Part shown: piece after piece, positions 9,968 through 19,956 of the stretch
How the letters are laid out: each line of letters begins with the position of its first letter
Position numbering within the stretch: position 1 is the first letter of the stretch
From: Bacteroidia bacterium
Lineage (GTDB): Bacteria; Bacteroidota; Bacteroidia; UKL13-3
NCBI GenBank assembly: GCA_044337585.1
Contig: JBIINH010000001.1
Coordinates: 9,087-73,086 of the forward strand
Length of the DNA: 64,000 bases
Direction of reading: 5' to 3'
Program-made: the position numbers and the translations under genes
The notes under the pieces: model-generated
What the model was told of the DNA's origin: nothing
Database searches by the model: none
The model's input: the letters and a program-made list of their open reading frames with translations, nothing else

Positions 9968-10678
9968 TTACTTTGCCATTGCCTGAATTTTCAAATTAGC
10001 GGGCCATTTTTCTATGGCATATCGCAATGCTGTTCGCGGCATTTTTTGTTTGTTTTGCAGCACAAAATCTATAATTCGGTCAGGCTGTTTTTCAAAACTT
10101 ACTTTTAGCATCCATCCATATCCTTTCTGCACCATGTCATCCGGGTCTTTTAGAAGAATAGAGGCAATTTTTAATATTTCATTTGTAAACAATCCCCTTT
10201 TGCCGGGTATAATGAGCGATACGGCAGCAGCCCTTCGCATCCAGGTATTTTTGCTTTTTGCCCAAGCAAACAGTTTAGGCAATGAGTCAGGGTATTGCAT
10301 GATGTACGAGCCAACGCTGTGGTTGCAAAAAGTATCACACGTAGCCCAATTGGTAATGTATTTCGTTATCCATTTTTCAAAAATGGGAAGGTCATTTTCT
10401 AAAAAGTTTTTCTTTTGCCTATACGACCAATCACATGCAACCATCGCTTCTTCTTGTATGCCTGATTTCCATAGGATTTCGCAAAGTTTAAATACATCAA
10501 CTTTTGAGGGTTTGTCCAATAATCGGTAATATTTTCTGCTGAGCAGTTTCAAGTCAGCTGCTTTAATGCCAATACACTGAATCTCGTTCTTGAAAAAACG
10601 CTGCGTTGATAAGGCAATGGCTTCGTTAGATTGATCAGCCATTTCTTGTTTTAACTGTTGCAACACTTTTTTTGTCAT
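9968..10678 (-). CDS. DNA alkylation repair protein (AlkD-like HEAT-repeat family)
   Basis: 236-aa helical-repeat protein whose N-terminal pattern (STQRFFKNEIQCIGIKAADLKLLSRKYY) matches the DNA alkylation repair enzyme family. Confidence 0.65.
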   Translation of the reverse strand: MTKKVLQQLKQEMADQSNEAIALSTQRFFKNEIQCIGIKAADLKLLSRKYYRLLDKPSKVDVFKLCEILWKSGIQEEAMVACDWSYRQKKNFLENDLPIFEKWITKYITNWATCDTFCNHSVGSYIMQYPDSLPKLFAWAKSKNTWMRRAAAVSLIIPGKRGLFTNEILKIASILLKDPDDMVQKGYGWMLKVSFEKQPDRIIDFVLQNKQKMPRTALRYAIEKWPANLKIQAMAK

Positions 10679-11334
10679 GGGTTTGTTCTTTCTCCAAATA
10701 TGGTGCTACCTATGCGTATCATGTTGCTCCCGTTAGAAATGGCAATTTCATAGTCACTACTCATACCCATTGATAGTATATTAAAATCAGCTGATTTTAG
10801 TTCAGCGGCTTTGGAATCAAACAGGGTTTTAAGGTGTTTGAATTCAGCAGCTACCATATGCATATCATCGCTATTGCTTGCCATACCCATTAGTCCGCGT
10901 ATACGAATGCCACTCAATGATGTTGATGAAGCTAATAACTCCGTTAGCTCTTGTTGGTCGAGTCCAAACTTTGTTTCCTCTTTGGCAATGTATACCTGCA
11001 ACAAGCAATCAATAATGCGGTTATGTTTCAATGCATGCTTGTTAATTTCTTCCAACAATTTTAGGCTGTCAACCGAATGGATGAGGTAAACAAATGGAGC
11101 AATGTATTTTACCTTGTTGGTCTGCAGGTGACCAATTACATGCCAATGGATGTCATTTGGGAGTTCAGCAGCTTTGGCAACCAGCTCTTGTACTTTATTT
11201 TCTCCAAAGTGCCTATGTCCTGATTCATAGGCTTCTTGTATGTAGGAGGCGGGTTTGGTTTTGCTTACAGCAACCAATATTACTTCGGAAGGTATTTCCT
11301 GCTTTATTTTTTCAATATTTGCACCAATACTCAT
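10675..11334 (-). CDS. YggS-family pyridoxal-phosphate homeostasis protein
   Basis: Motifs HFGENKVQE and HVIGHLQTNK are hallmark YggS/PROSC motifs. 219 aa. Confidence 0.85.
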   Translation of the reverse strand: MSIGANIEKIKQEIPSEVILVAVSKTKPASYIQEAYESGHRHFGENKVQELVAKAAELPNDIHWHVIGHLQTNKVKYIAPFVYLIHSVDSLKLLEEINKHALKHNRIIDCLLQVYIAKEETKFGLDQQELTELLASSTSLSGIRIRGLMGMASNSDDMHMVAAEFKHLKTLFDSKAAELKSADFNILSMGMSSDYEIAISNGSNMIRIGSTIFGERTNP

Positions 11335-11337
11335 GAT

Positions 11338-11763
11338 ATGAAATTTTTACAAACATATACATACACTGCCATTCTTGCTATTTTGCTTTTTGGTTGTTCT
11401 GGAGGCGAAAAAAAAATGACAGTATCACAACCCGATACGTTGCTTACTCGCTCTGAAATGGCTAAGATACTAACCGATATTCATTTGGCAGATGTAATTA
11501 TTACAGACAAAGCATTGCCATCAGATTCGGCATCCGCCCTTCGACAAGGATTTTATGAAGCTATTTTTAAGAAATTTAATCATAGCGAAGAAACAATCAG
11601 AAGCAATTTTGCGTATTATAAAACAGATATGCCACAAATGGACTCTATTTATGCGGATATCATAAATCAATTGTCGCAAATGGAGGCATCCTACTCACGA
11701 ATTCCTGATAATATATCACTAACTAACGAAGGTAAATTTAATGCCATACCCACAAAACCTTGA
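11338..11763 (+). CDS. small lipoprotein of unknown function
   Basis: Start placed at MKFLQTYTYTAILAILLFGCSG, a lipobox-like signal. The longer track ORF begins inside the divergent yggS gene and is rejected. It overlaps the mutS2 start. Confidence 0.5.
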   Translation: MKFLQTYTYTAILAILLFGCSGGEKKMTVSQPDTLLTRSEMAKILTDIHLADVIITDKALPSDSASALRQGFYEAIFKKFNHSEETIRSNFAYYKTDMPQMDSIYADIINQLSQMEASYSRIPDNISLTNEGKFNAIPTKP

Positions 11764-14110
11764 GCATAAGCTCGAGTTTGATCAAATAAGAACCCGACTA
11801 AACGATTTGTGTATTTCGCCACTGGGGCAGCAATACGTTTCGCAAATCCGTTTCACTACCAAAAATGATAGGGTAGAAATGATGCTTAGGCAAACACACG
11901 AATTTGTTAGCATACTTTCAACAGACAAGCCATTTCCGTCAGAACATTTTTACCCAATTGACATTTACTTAAAAAAGGCTTCGCTAGAGGGAATGTTTTT
12001 GATTGAAGATGAACTGCATCACATTTTACTTATGATGCGCACTTTTACTCAAATATGTAAATATTTCGAAGACCGTAGTGAAAATTATCCAGAGCTTTTT
12101 CAAATTTTTGGAGGCATCACACTTCAGCCACATATCATCAAAAATATTGAGAAAGTGATTGATGAAGAAGGCATTATCAGGCCTAATGCATCGCCCGAAC
12201 TTTCAAAGCTTTCGAGCCAAATTGCAGATAAAGAAAAAGAAATTAGAAGGCGAATTAATAAGCTTTATGAGAAATACTACGAACTGAATTATTTAGGCGA
12301 TACGGGCATTACGGTTAGAGACGGACGTTTGGTATTGCCTGTTTTGGCCGATCATAAAAAACATGTAGTGGGGTTTGTGCACGATGAATCAGCAACTGGG
12401 CAAACCATTTTTATAGAGCCTACTGAAGTATTTGATTTGAATAACATATTGCGTGAATTGCAAATTGCCTATCGCAGGGAAAGAGAACGCATATTGACAG
12501 AGTTAACCTCACGCCTGAGGCCTGATTTGCCCGAGTTGGCCAAGTATACCCAGAAGATGGGAATTGCAGATTTCATTAGGGCAAAAGCATTGCTTGCAAT
12601 GCAATTGGACGCAAACATGCCAGTGCTCACCAAACATCCCGTCTTGCATTTGCAGAAAGCATTTCACCCCTTGCTTAAAATGCGCTTGCAGAAAAATAAA
12701 CAGGAAGTTGTTCCGCTCAATATAGTGATGAATAGAGATAGCCGCATTGTGGTGATATCGGGGCCAAATGCCGGAGGTAAATCTGTATGTCTGAAAACAG
12801 TTGGGTTATTGCAGTATATGGCTCAGTGTGGTTTGTTAATTCCAGCTTCACCAAATAGTGAAATATATGTGTTTAGCGATTTAATGGTTGATATTGGTGA
12901 CGAGCAATCAATAGAAAATGATTTGAGTACTTACAGCTCACACCTCAAGCACATGAAATATTTTACCGATTTTGTGAATGCCAAAACACTGTTTTTGATT
13001 GATGAATTTGGAACCGGTACCGACCCACAGTTTGGAGGACCACTGGCAGAAGCAATATTGGATAAATTGATGCGAAAAGGAGCATATGGTGTGGTAACAA
13101 CCCACTACAGTAACTTGAAAAATTATGCATCCAATACGCAGTTTATCCAAAATGCAAGCATGTTATTTGATAATGTAAATCTTATTCCATTATACATACT
13201 CGAGCAAGGCAAACCCGGAAGCTCTTATGCATTTGAAATAGCTCAAAAAACCGGTTTGCCTGATGATGTATTGCAGTATGCAAAAAGCAAGATAGGTGAT
13301 AAACAAAAAAGGGTAGATGATTTGCTGATTGAATTGGAGCGTGAGAAGAAACATGTGAGCGAACTCAAACAACGTTTTGAGAAACGGGATATAGAAGCGC
13401 AAACGATGTTGGAAAAGTATGAGTTGCTGACAAAAGAGATTGAAACACAAAAGAAAAAATTGATAGCAGCCGCTAAGCACGAAGCACGCTCATTGATTAG
13501 CGAGGCCAATAGCCGTATTGAAAATACCATTCGTGAAATCAAAGAGAAAAAAGCAGATACCGAAACCATCAGAAAAGTGAGGCAAGACATTAAGCAGGAA
13601 ACCGAAAAGCTAAAAATAACCGAAGCCCCTGCTGAAAAACCCAAACCCAAACCGATTCATTCTATCGCAATAGGCATGACAGTGAAGATGAGCGGGCAAA
13701 GTGAACCGGGTGAAATATTGGAACTTAAAAAAGGAAAAGCCCTTGTAAGTTTTGGATTCATACAAACATGGGTAGATACGGACAGGCTAGAGATTTCAAC
13801 CGTTGCCGATAAAAATAAAACAATTGCAAAATCGCCAATGGATTTGAATACTAAAATCCAACATTTTCAAACCGAACTTAACCTGATTGGTGTAAGGGGA
13901 GAAGATGCCATTCGGAAGTTGCAAGAGTATATGGATGATGCCTATTTATTAGGTTTCAAACAAGTGCGCATTGTGCATGGAAAAGGATATGGAATTTTAC
14001 GTAAGTTGGTACGCGAGTGGTTGCGTAAATCAGGCATGGTTGAATCTATTGCAGATGAACACATCGAAATGGGAGGAGATGGCGTAAGTATTGTTACGTT
14101 GAAACTTTGA
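11741..14110 (+). CDS. mutS2: endonuclease MutS2
   Basis: Typical MutS2 N-terminus (MPYPQNLEHKLEFDQIR), Walker A (ISGPNAGGKS) and a C-terminal Smr domain. 789 aa. Confidence 0.9.
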   Translation: MPYPQNLEHKLEFDQIRTRLNDLCISPLGQQYVSQIRFTTKNDRVEMMLRQTHEFVSILSTDKPFPSEHFYPIDIYLKKASLEGMFLIEDELHHILLMMRTFTQICKYFEDRSENYPELFQIFGGITLQPHIIKNIEKVIDEEGIIRPNASPELSKLSSQIADKEKEIRRRINKLYEKYYELNYLGDTGITVRDGRLVLPVLADHKKHVVGFVHDESATGQTIFIEPTEVFDLNNILRELQIAYRRERERILTELTSRLRPDLPELAKYTQKMGIADFIRAKALLAMQLDANMPVLTKHPVLHLQKAFHPLLKMRLQKNKQEVVPLNIVMNRDSRIVVISGPNAGGKSVCLKTVGLLQYMAQCGLLIPASPNSEIYVFSDLMVDIGDEQSIENDLSTYSSHLKHMKYFTDFVNAKTLFLIDEFGTGTDPQFGGPLAEAILDKLMRKGAYGVVTTHYSNLKNYASNTQFIQNASMLFDNVNLIPLYILEQGKPGSSYAFEIAQKTGLPDDVLQYAKSKIGDKQKRVDDLLIELEREKKHVSELKQRFEKRDIEAQTMLEKYELLTKEIETQKKKLIAAAKHEARSLISEANSRIENTIREIKEKKADTETIRKVRQDIKQETEKLKITEAPAEKPKPKPIHSIAIGMTVKMSGQSEPGEILELKKGKALVSFGFIQTWVDTDRLEISTVADKNKTIAKSPMDLNTKIQHFQTELNLIGVRGEDAIRKLQEYMDDAYLLGFKQVRIVHGKGYGILRKLVREWLRKSGMVESIADEHIEMGGDGVSIVTLKL

Positions 14111-14115
14111 TGCAG

Positions 14116-15216
14116 TTATTTTTTTAGCCTGTTGGGCCAAAAGTCTATTTTATTTTTTTTCTTTTTATTTTCATCCATAACTGAATCGCCAAGCAGCAAA
14201 GCTATGGGCTTAAGTTCAATGTATTGTTCACAAACTACTTTGAACATCGCAGCTAAAGGCAAAAACAAAATCATTCCGGCTACACCCCAAACAGAAGCAC
14301 CAATGATGATACTCAAAATGGAAGTGAGTGCATTAATTTTTAGGTTTCCTCCTACAATTTTGGGAGTTAGAAAATTGTTGTCAACAAACTGGATGAATGA
14401 GTAAAAAAGTGCAATAGAAATTGGCATCCATAATGAATCATACGTCATGAATGCATACACAATAGGAATGGCTGCACCTAATAATGTTCCAACATATGGG
14501 ATAATTGCCAATACCGCAGCTAAAAAACCAAATAACAATGGATTATCAATTCCAATAATCCATAACCCTAAACTATTTAAGCAGCCTAATATGAGCACAA
14601 TCATAAGCAATCCAGAAAGGTATTGTTGGCCAACCTGCTGAATGGATTTAAACATCTCAAAGGCCTTTTTTCTATTTTCCTGAGGATAAAAATGAATAAA
14701 CGCATGAACCAATCCTTTTCTATAGATTAATATCAAGAAGGTAAATACCATGGCTGTTACAAGTCCAAGTAAGAATTCAGATGTGCTGCTGAATGTTTGA
14801 CTTAAGAGTGAGCCCCATGAAATATTCAACCAACTTTTTAGTTTTTCATATAACTCACCTGTCTCCAGCGTACCTACGAACCCCAAGTTTTTATTCGTGT
14901 ATATAGTTATATCAGCAAATAGTCTAATTATTTTATCTTTAAAATCAGTGATGTTTTCAGTTTGATTCATGATGCTATTGGATAAAATAAGAACGATACC
15001 TCCAACAACAAGAAACAATGAAAGCATGGAAAGCGAAGTTGCCAATACCTTGCCTGCTCGCCACGACTCAATTTTTCGGCATATTGGAAAAAGGATAAAC
15101 GAAATTAAAAGGGCAAAAGCGAGTGGAATAAGAACCGATTTGGCCAAAATAAGTACCGCCAAAAAAGCAAATAGAGTGGCCAGTACGTAAAATATTTTTT
15201 GGAAAGACAGTTGCAT
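14116..15216 (-). CDS. AI-2E family transporter (PerM-like permease)
   Basis: 366-aa polytopic membrane protein with AI-2E/UPF0118-like topology and motifs. Confidence 0.75.
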   Translation of the reverse strand: MQLSFQKIFYVLATLFAFLAVLILAKSVLIPLAFALLISFILFPICRKIESWRAGKVLATSLSMLSLFLVVGGIVLILSNSIMNQTENITDFKDKIIRLFADITIYTNKNLGFVGTLETGELYEKLKSWLNISWGSLLSQTFSSTSEFLLGLVTAMVFTFLILIYRKGLVHAFIHFYPQENRKKAFEMFKSIQQVGQQYLSGLLMIVLILGCLNSLGLWIIGIDNPLLFGFLAAVLAIIPYVGTLLGAAIPIVYAFMTYDSLWMPISIALFYSFIQFVDNNFLTPKIVGGNLKINALTSILSIIIGASVWGVAGMILFLPLAAMFKVVCEQYIELKPIALLLGDSVMDENKKKKNKIDFWPNRLKK

Positions 15217-15574
15217 ATTTATAATAGTTATTCATTTAGTGTAATACATTTATTATACTAAATATTGATATCACAGGCCTCATCCTATGAAACCTTATCA
15301 AATATACGCTTTACTTCTCTTCGGACAGTATTTTATTATTCTTCAGCGGTAGACAACTACATTAAGCAAATTCACCTATTTCGACTACTATTCATTAGCC
15401 ACTTTGTAAAACAACTGCATAAGTACAAAATATGGTAAGTTGATGTACGCGATTAAGGTGAATAGATGGGCCCAAAAGAATTCTGTAAGTACCCTGAAAA
15501 TCGGATTGATCAAAAGGCTTTTTCGACCCCAACTTCATTTTCTTACTGATAAGTTATTCGGACTTATGAGAGAA

Positions 15575-15620
15575 CTCTTTATATTTAATTTACCCAAACA
15601 AGTAAATTAAATATAAAGAG
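15575..15620. repeat. perfect 19-bp inverted repeat with an 8-nt loop (ctctttatatttaatttac / ccaaacaa / gtaaattaaatataaagag)
   Basis: Read directly from the sequence. The A-run follows on the plus strand and the T-run precedes on the minus strand, so it is not a canonical intrinsic terminator in either orientation. Confidence 0.6.
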
Positions 15621-15802
15621 GAAAAAAACTGTAAACTATTTTCCCAATATTTTATGTTCGATATTAATTATTGAATCAAGCATGGCTTTTTCTTTTGTAA
15701 TTAAGGTGTCCAATAGCATTACTTTTGACATTTCTACATTGAGGGTTGAGTCCAATGAATTTAGTTTACCATCTAAAATACGTTGCTTTTCTTCTAGCTT
15801 AG

Positions 15803-16006
15803 CTAGCGGCAACATTTTGCATCATCTTCTTCGTTTAGCTCTCGTTCAACACACATTTTATCGCCATTTGGAATTTCTTCTTTGTTGTCGAAAGCCAAAT
15901 TAGTAGATTTATAATCAGCAACTTGTGAATTGAAAGCGACATTTGAATATGAGGCGTATGCCTGACACAGCAAGAAGGCAAATAAAATGTATATCCTCAG
16001 TTTCAT
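15803..16006 (-). CDS. small secreted Cys-containing protein (hypothetical)
   Basis: 67 aa with an N-terminal signal peptide (MKLRIYILFAFLLCQAYA) and a C-terminal CxxxxxxxxxxxCC pattern. It lies in an otherwise empty 900-bp intergenic region. Unsupported by homology. Confidence 0.25.
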   Translation of the reverse strand: MKLRIYILFAFLLCQAYASYSNVAFNSQVADYKSTNLAFDNKEEIPNGDKMCVERELNEEDDAKCCR

Positions 16007-16111
16007 TTCGCAGCAAATATAACTTTACCTTTTCAACAATATAGACTTTATTGAGTTTTACTTTATTTTTACTTATCTGCCAAAAACAAAAAAAGGTAAT
16101 TTATAGTACTA

Positions 16112-17716
16112 TTATTTAATCACGATTCTGATGGCCGCTTTTTCATAAAGGGTTTCAATTTTCAGTATGAAGTTTCCAATTAATTGTGGTCCATTGTTTT
16201 TTCGCACAAAATTATTTTCTCCAATCTTCACATCGGTCATAACATTTTCCTCCATCAATTTTCCATTCACATCATAAATTGAGATTTTAGTTGTTGTAGG
16301 TTTGTTTAAATAAAATTTAACCATAAAGTTTCCATCGTTGGGATTAGGAAAAACCTTAATTTTTAAGCTGCCATTGCTATGTGTGTTCAATTCATGAATT
16401 CCAACAGGGTTATTTTTAATAACGTAAACTTTAAATATTTGGCTGCTCGCAATGCTTTGAGTGCCGGTATTGGTAAAGAAAATATTTGCAGCGGTGCTGC
16501 TTATTCCTCCAAATATATACCCAACCAAAGTGCTATCAGCTGTTATGCTATCAAGTTTAAATACTTCATTGTTGTATTGAGGAACTGTTGGTAAAGGGAT
16601 AAATTCGGCACTGGCACCAAGCAATGTTGGCATTTCATTTGGTAGTTTGTATTCAGCCATTGCGCCATCTGCAGTTCTGGTTACCCGTGCGATGGTTTTC
16701 ACAAACGGCACATTATTATCCTGAACCAATATGCCTGCGCTGTCATAATACTGTGCGATGCCACCAAAAAACACATTGTGCATTTCATTTTCTTTTGCTG
16801 AGTATAAAGGCAAAACCCCACAGTGGTAGTGATTGTAATATTGTTGGAAAGCATTGTTTACCCAATAGCTAGCACTATCAATGTTTACACAATTTAGAAA
16901 TGGGATATTGGCGGTAGGTTGAAAAACACCTGAGAAAGCAGTTAAGCCCTCGTTACCATTAGGCATTATCTGTGGTACTGCATTGTAATCTCTTCGGTGC
17001 AGGTTAGTTGCATCAGTAATGGTTGGCAGATGATTTATGTTTACTGTAGTGCCGTTATCCAATATATTAAATTTGCGAATGGCATCTGTATATACTTGTG
17101 TATAAGTTGCATTACCCATTGGATTATAGTTTCCATCAAATCTATTGCCCCCAATAAGGTAGTAAGTATTATTGATTTTTTTTAAGTGCCCACCTGTTAC
17201 TGCAAAAGATGTGTCGCTAATTTGGCGAAAATAACTAGTAAATGATGTACCCATGACCACTGCATTGATAACAGCAGGTACGTCAACGGCTGTTAATTTA
17301 TCAAATGTTTTTCGGCTGGAAGTGGCTGTGTGGAATCCATATCCACCAACCAAATAAAGGTATTTCCCATCTTGGTGAAACTCCATGTTCGTAGAACTTA
17401 ATTGTTCTTGCAACGCTACAGAAAGTGAAGTTAATGGTGCGGCCCATTTTTGTTTCATAACTGGATCAATTACAATAAGCTGGTTATTATTTCCTGCTAC
17501 ATCAAATGCTGCGAAGGGTTGTCTTCGGTGTAGCCCATCAAGCCGGCCACCAATGATTAGCCATTTTCCATCGTGCTGACCAAATGCGTAGGATTGTATT
17601 CCCCCAAGTTCGGAAATGCTAATAGATTCAATATATACATTGAAAGGAGAGGTTTGTGCATATAATGATGTGCCAGAAATAAATAGCATCCATAATATTG
17701 ACAGTTTTTTTCTCAT
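16112..17716 (-). CDS. Kelch-repeat beta-propeller protein with T9SS C-terminal sorting domain
   Basis: Signal peptide, repeated Kelch-like blades (GGxxxxG / YxxIGG patterns) and a C-terminal about 80-aa Por/T9SS type-A sorting domain (KIKVFPNPNDGNF...). Confidence 0.7.
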   Translation of the reverse strand: MRKKLSILWMLFISGTSLYAQTSPFNVYIESISISELGGIQSYAFGQHDGKWLIIGGRLDGLHRRQPFAAFDVAGNNNQLIVIDPVMKQKWAAPLTSLSVALQEQLSSTNMEFHQDGKYLYLVGGYGFHTATSSRKTFDKLTAVDVPAVINAVVMGTSFTSYFRQISDTSFAVTGGHLKKINNTYYLIGGNRFDGNYNPMGNATYTQVYTDAIRKFNILDNGTTVNINHLPTITDATNLHRRDYNAVPQIMPNGNEGLTAFSGVFQPTANIPFLNCVNIDSASYWVNNAFQQYYNHYHCGVLPLYSAKENEMHNVFFGGIAQYYDSAGILVQDNNVPFVKTIARVTRTADGAMAEYKLPNEMPTLLGASAEFIPLPTVPQYNNEVFKLDSITADSTLVGYIFGGISSTAANIFFTNTGTQSIASSQIFKVYVIKNNPVGIHELNTHSNGSLKIKVFPNPNDGNFMVKFYLNKPTTTKISIYDVNGKLMEENVMTDVKIGENNFVRKNNGPQLIGNFILKIETLYEKAAIRIVIK

Positions 17717-17872
17717 TAAAGTTGATAATTATTAAACAACAATACGTAAATGAGTTTTCACAATTGGTAACAAAAGTTACGTATCTCAACAATATACTTT
17801 TTTAATGCTTGTGCTTAACAACATGAAGGATAGGGTGAAAGCATTATGCTTTTGCAAAACGAATAGAGAAAT

Positions 17873-19879
17873 CTACAACTGAACCCTATTTTTTTTGTAA
17901 AAAAGGTCCATACTTAATACATGTGGAATGCTGATGCAAGAAAGTAGAATAAAGAAAATGCTAATATAATCTGCACGGTTTAGCAACATAAATGCAACGA
18001 TTATAAATGCACCACCCATGCTAAATGGAAGCGATTTTTTCCAAAGTTGATACGTATTGGTTTTTAATGCTGTTTTTAAATGGCTCCATCCATGAAAGCT
18101 GTGTTGAATAACAAAGTATATGCCAAATGAAACTAGTAATGGCAACATACTTGAAATAAGGAGGTAGCTGAAAGTTAGAGCCATGCGCTTAGACTTATTG
18201 TAAACAATCATCAATATTGAAAGCATAGAAACGATAAGTTTCGAATACAATATTATTGGTTGGGTTAATGTTTGTAAATAGGTGTTAAGTTTCAAACCTT
18301 TTATGTGTTCAAGAACTGAAAGTGTTTCTTCGAAATGGAAAATCAAAATGAGCGCAAGCACCGATAGTCCCCACAAAAAAGAATTAGGGCCTTGTTTTAA
18401 ATTCCACTCATTGGTATCAGCTTGTCCGAAATGCCAAGCCGAGTATGCAATAAATGTAATTAATGCCAAATCGGGTAGGATAAACCAAATAGCGCCTAAC
18501 AAAGCGCCTTTGGCAAGATAGGCTGCAATAAATTTGATAAATTGCCTCTGCCCGTTAATTTTCTGATCGGTTAAATGATCAACTGCACCATGTGATAAAC
18601 CAATTGTTAAAAAGCCCAAACCTAAGAAAATCCAAAGTACTTCTTGCCATTGATTTATGTGCAAAAACAAAGATGCGAGTGTGAAGAGAAGTGCAGCTAA
18701 AGTGGGGGTGAGTGCAGATATTTTGTAGCTCACATCTTTTACTGCGGTTTTTAAAAAAAGTGCGATAGGGAGTTTCGAAAAAATATGAATCTCGTTAGGT
18801 ATACTTGTTTTTTCATTTAAAAAAGTGAGAACCTTAGAGATGGGAATATTTGTGAATAAGCATTGAAAAATTTCTTTGCCTCGGCTGGGTGATAATTCTA
18901 AAATTTTAAGTAATAACCTATCGTAGAATTTAAATCTAGAAATACGATTATTGCGTTTATATAATTCTCCTTTTTGGATTGCCTCGGCTAGGCTTTTAGC
19001 ATCTTTAGCCATAGCATGAAAAGCATATCCAGTTGAGGGTTTTATCATATTTGCTTTTGCACCCGTATATAACCAATTTGCTCCATAATGATTATTGGCT
19101 ATTGTTGCCGAAGACATTGGAACCACACCTATCTCTTTGTCTAAAATAGTATAGTTGATTCCCAATTTTTGGATATACTCTTTAAATATGATTTCGGCAT
19201 CATGCTTGGAGATAATCTCTTTACCAAATCTAGTAATTTCAAATAGCGCAGTGCGATCTGTGAATGGGAGTATATACATAAATTGGCATGCATCATTTTG
19301 TGCAATGTCAAAATCCATCATCGTTGCTGTGCTAGTATCAAATTCAGCATTTGTTGTTTGAATTTCCCAACCATAAAAAGATTGGTACAAATGGCTTTGG
19401 TTGTTTTTAGGTGGAGAAAATATAGGTGGTCGGCTGTCGAATACTTTTTGGGCAATTATTTTGTCATTTCCTACATCAACCTGATATGAGTTGTTGTTGA
19501 GTATGTTTGGTTCGTTGCTAAGTGAGGTTGTGTAGAATTGAGTTGTTTCCTTCTTTAGGATTTCTTTGGCTTTGTTGTATAAATCTATTCCCTTGATATG
19601 GAAATAATTTAGGGGAGTGATGTGCTGTTTCAAGCCATTCACGTTAATGTGGCTCCATGATGAACTGATGAGTTGTTGAAGATTTAGTTCAGATACTTCT
19701 TCTTCACTTGTCCAGAAACAGAAGGTTCTGTCATTTACATTTTTGCTACTAGGTTCAATTACAGCAATCTTTTTATCCTTCAATAGGCCTTTTTCAAACA
19801 AGTTAAGCAACAACAAAGAATTGGCTGCTCCTAATCCAATAAATAGGAAGTCAACTTCGATGTTCATATTACTTTTCAT
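17873..19879 (-). CDS. fusion protein with an N-terminal CrtY-type lycopene beta-cyclase domain and a C-terminal Brp/Blh beta-carotene 15,15'-dioxygenase domain
   Basis: N-terminal about 380 aa has the FAD/Rossmann motif DFLFIGLGAANSLLL and the CrtY blocks (DRTFCFW, QFMYILPF...LFEITRF, KPSTGYAF). C-terminal about 290 aa is a 7-TM domain with conserved His residues (GAVDH, WHFGQAD, QHSFHGWSH) typical of Blh. It is one uninterrupted 668-aa ORF. Confidence 0.8.
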   Translation of the reverse strand: MKSNMNIEVDFLFIGLGAANSLLLLNLFEKGLLKDKKIAVIEPSSKNVNDRTFCFWTSEEEVSELNLQQLISSSWSHINVNGLKQHITPLNYFHIKGIDLYNKAKEILKKETTQFYTTSLSNEPNILNNNSYQVDVGNDKIIAQKVFDSRPPIFSPPKNNQSHLYQSFYGWEIQTTNAEFDTSTATMMDFDIAQNDACQFMYILPFTDRTALFEITRFGKEIISKHDAEIIFKEYIQKLGINYTILDKEIGVVPMSSATIANNHYGANWLYTGAKANMIKPSTGYAFHAMAKDAKSLAEAIQKGELYKRNNRISRFKFYDRLLLKILELSPSRGKEIFQCLFTNIPISKVLTFLNEKTSIPNEIHIFSKLPIALFLKTAVKDVSYKISALTPTLAALLFTLASLFLHINQWQEVLWIFLGLGFLTIGLSHGAVDHLTDQKINGQRQFIKFIAAYLAKGALLGAIWFILPDLALITFIAYSAWHFGQADTNEWNLKQGPNSFLWGLSVLALILIFHFEETLSVLEHIKGLKLNTYLQTLTQPIILYSKLIVSMLSILMIVYNKSKRMALTFSYLLISSMLPLLVSFGIYFVIQHSFHGWSHLKTALKTNTYQLWKKSLPFSMGGAFIIVAFMLLNRADYISIFFILLSCISIPHVLSMDLFYKKNRVQL

Positions 19880-19896
19880 GATTGTAGTGTTAGTTT

Positions 19897-19935
19897 AAAA
19901 AAAGAAGACACCTGTTATAATAAACAGATGTCTTC
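19897..19935 (-). terminator. rho-independent terminator downstream of the rhodopsin gene
   Basis: On the minus strand: 12-bp stem (gaagacatctgt/acaggtgtcttc, one mismatch), 8-nt loop, then a TTTTTTT run. It sits between the rhodopsin stop (19957) and the crtY-blh start (19879). Confidence 0.55.
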
Positions 19936-19956
19936 TTCAATTTCTTTTGTAAAGGA

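Noticed and set aside
11236-11337. Long 5' extension of the lipoprotein ORF (track start 11236)
   Set aside because: The extension lies inside the divergent yggS coding region. The Met at 11338 precedes a classic lipoprotein signal.
17836-17862. Palindrome aaagcat-t-atgcttt downstream of crtY-blh as an intrinsic terminator
   Set aside because: It has a 1-nt loop and no T-run on the transcribed strand, so it is not a credible rho-independent terminator.
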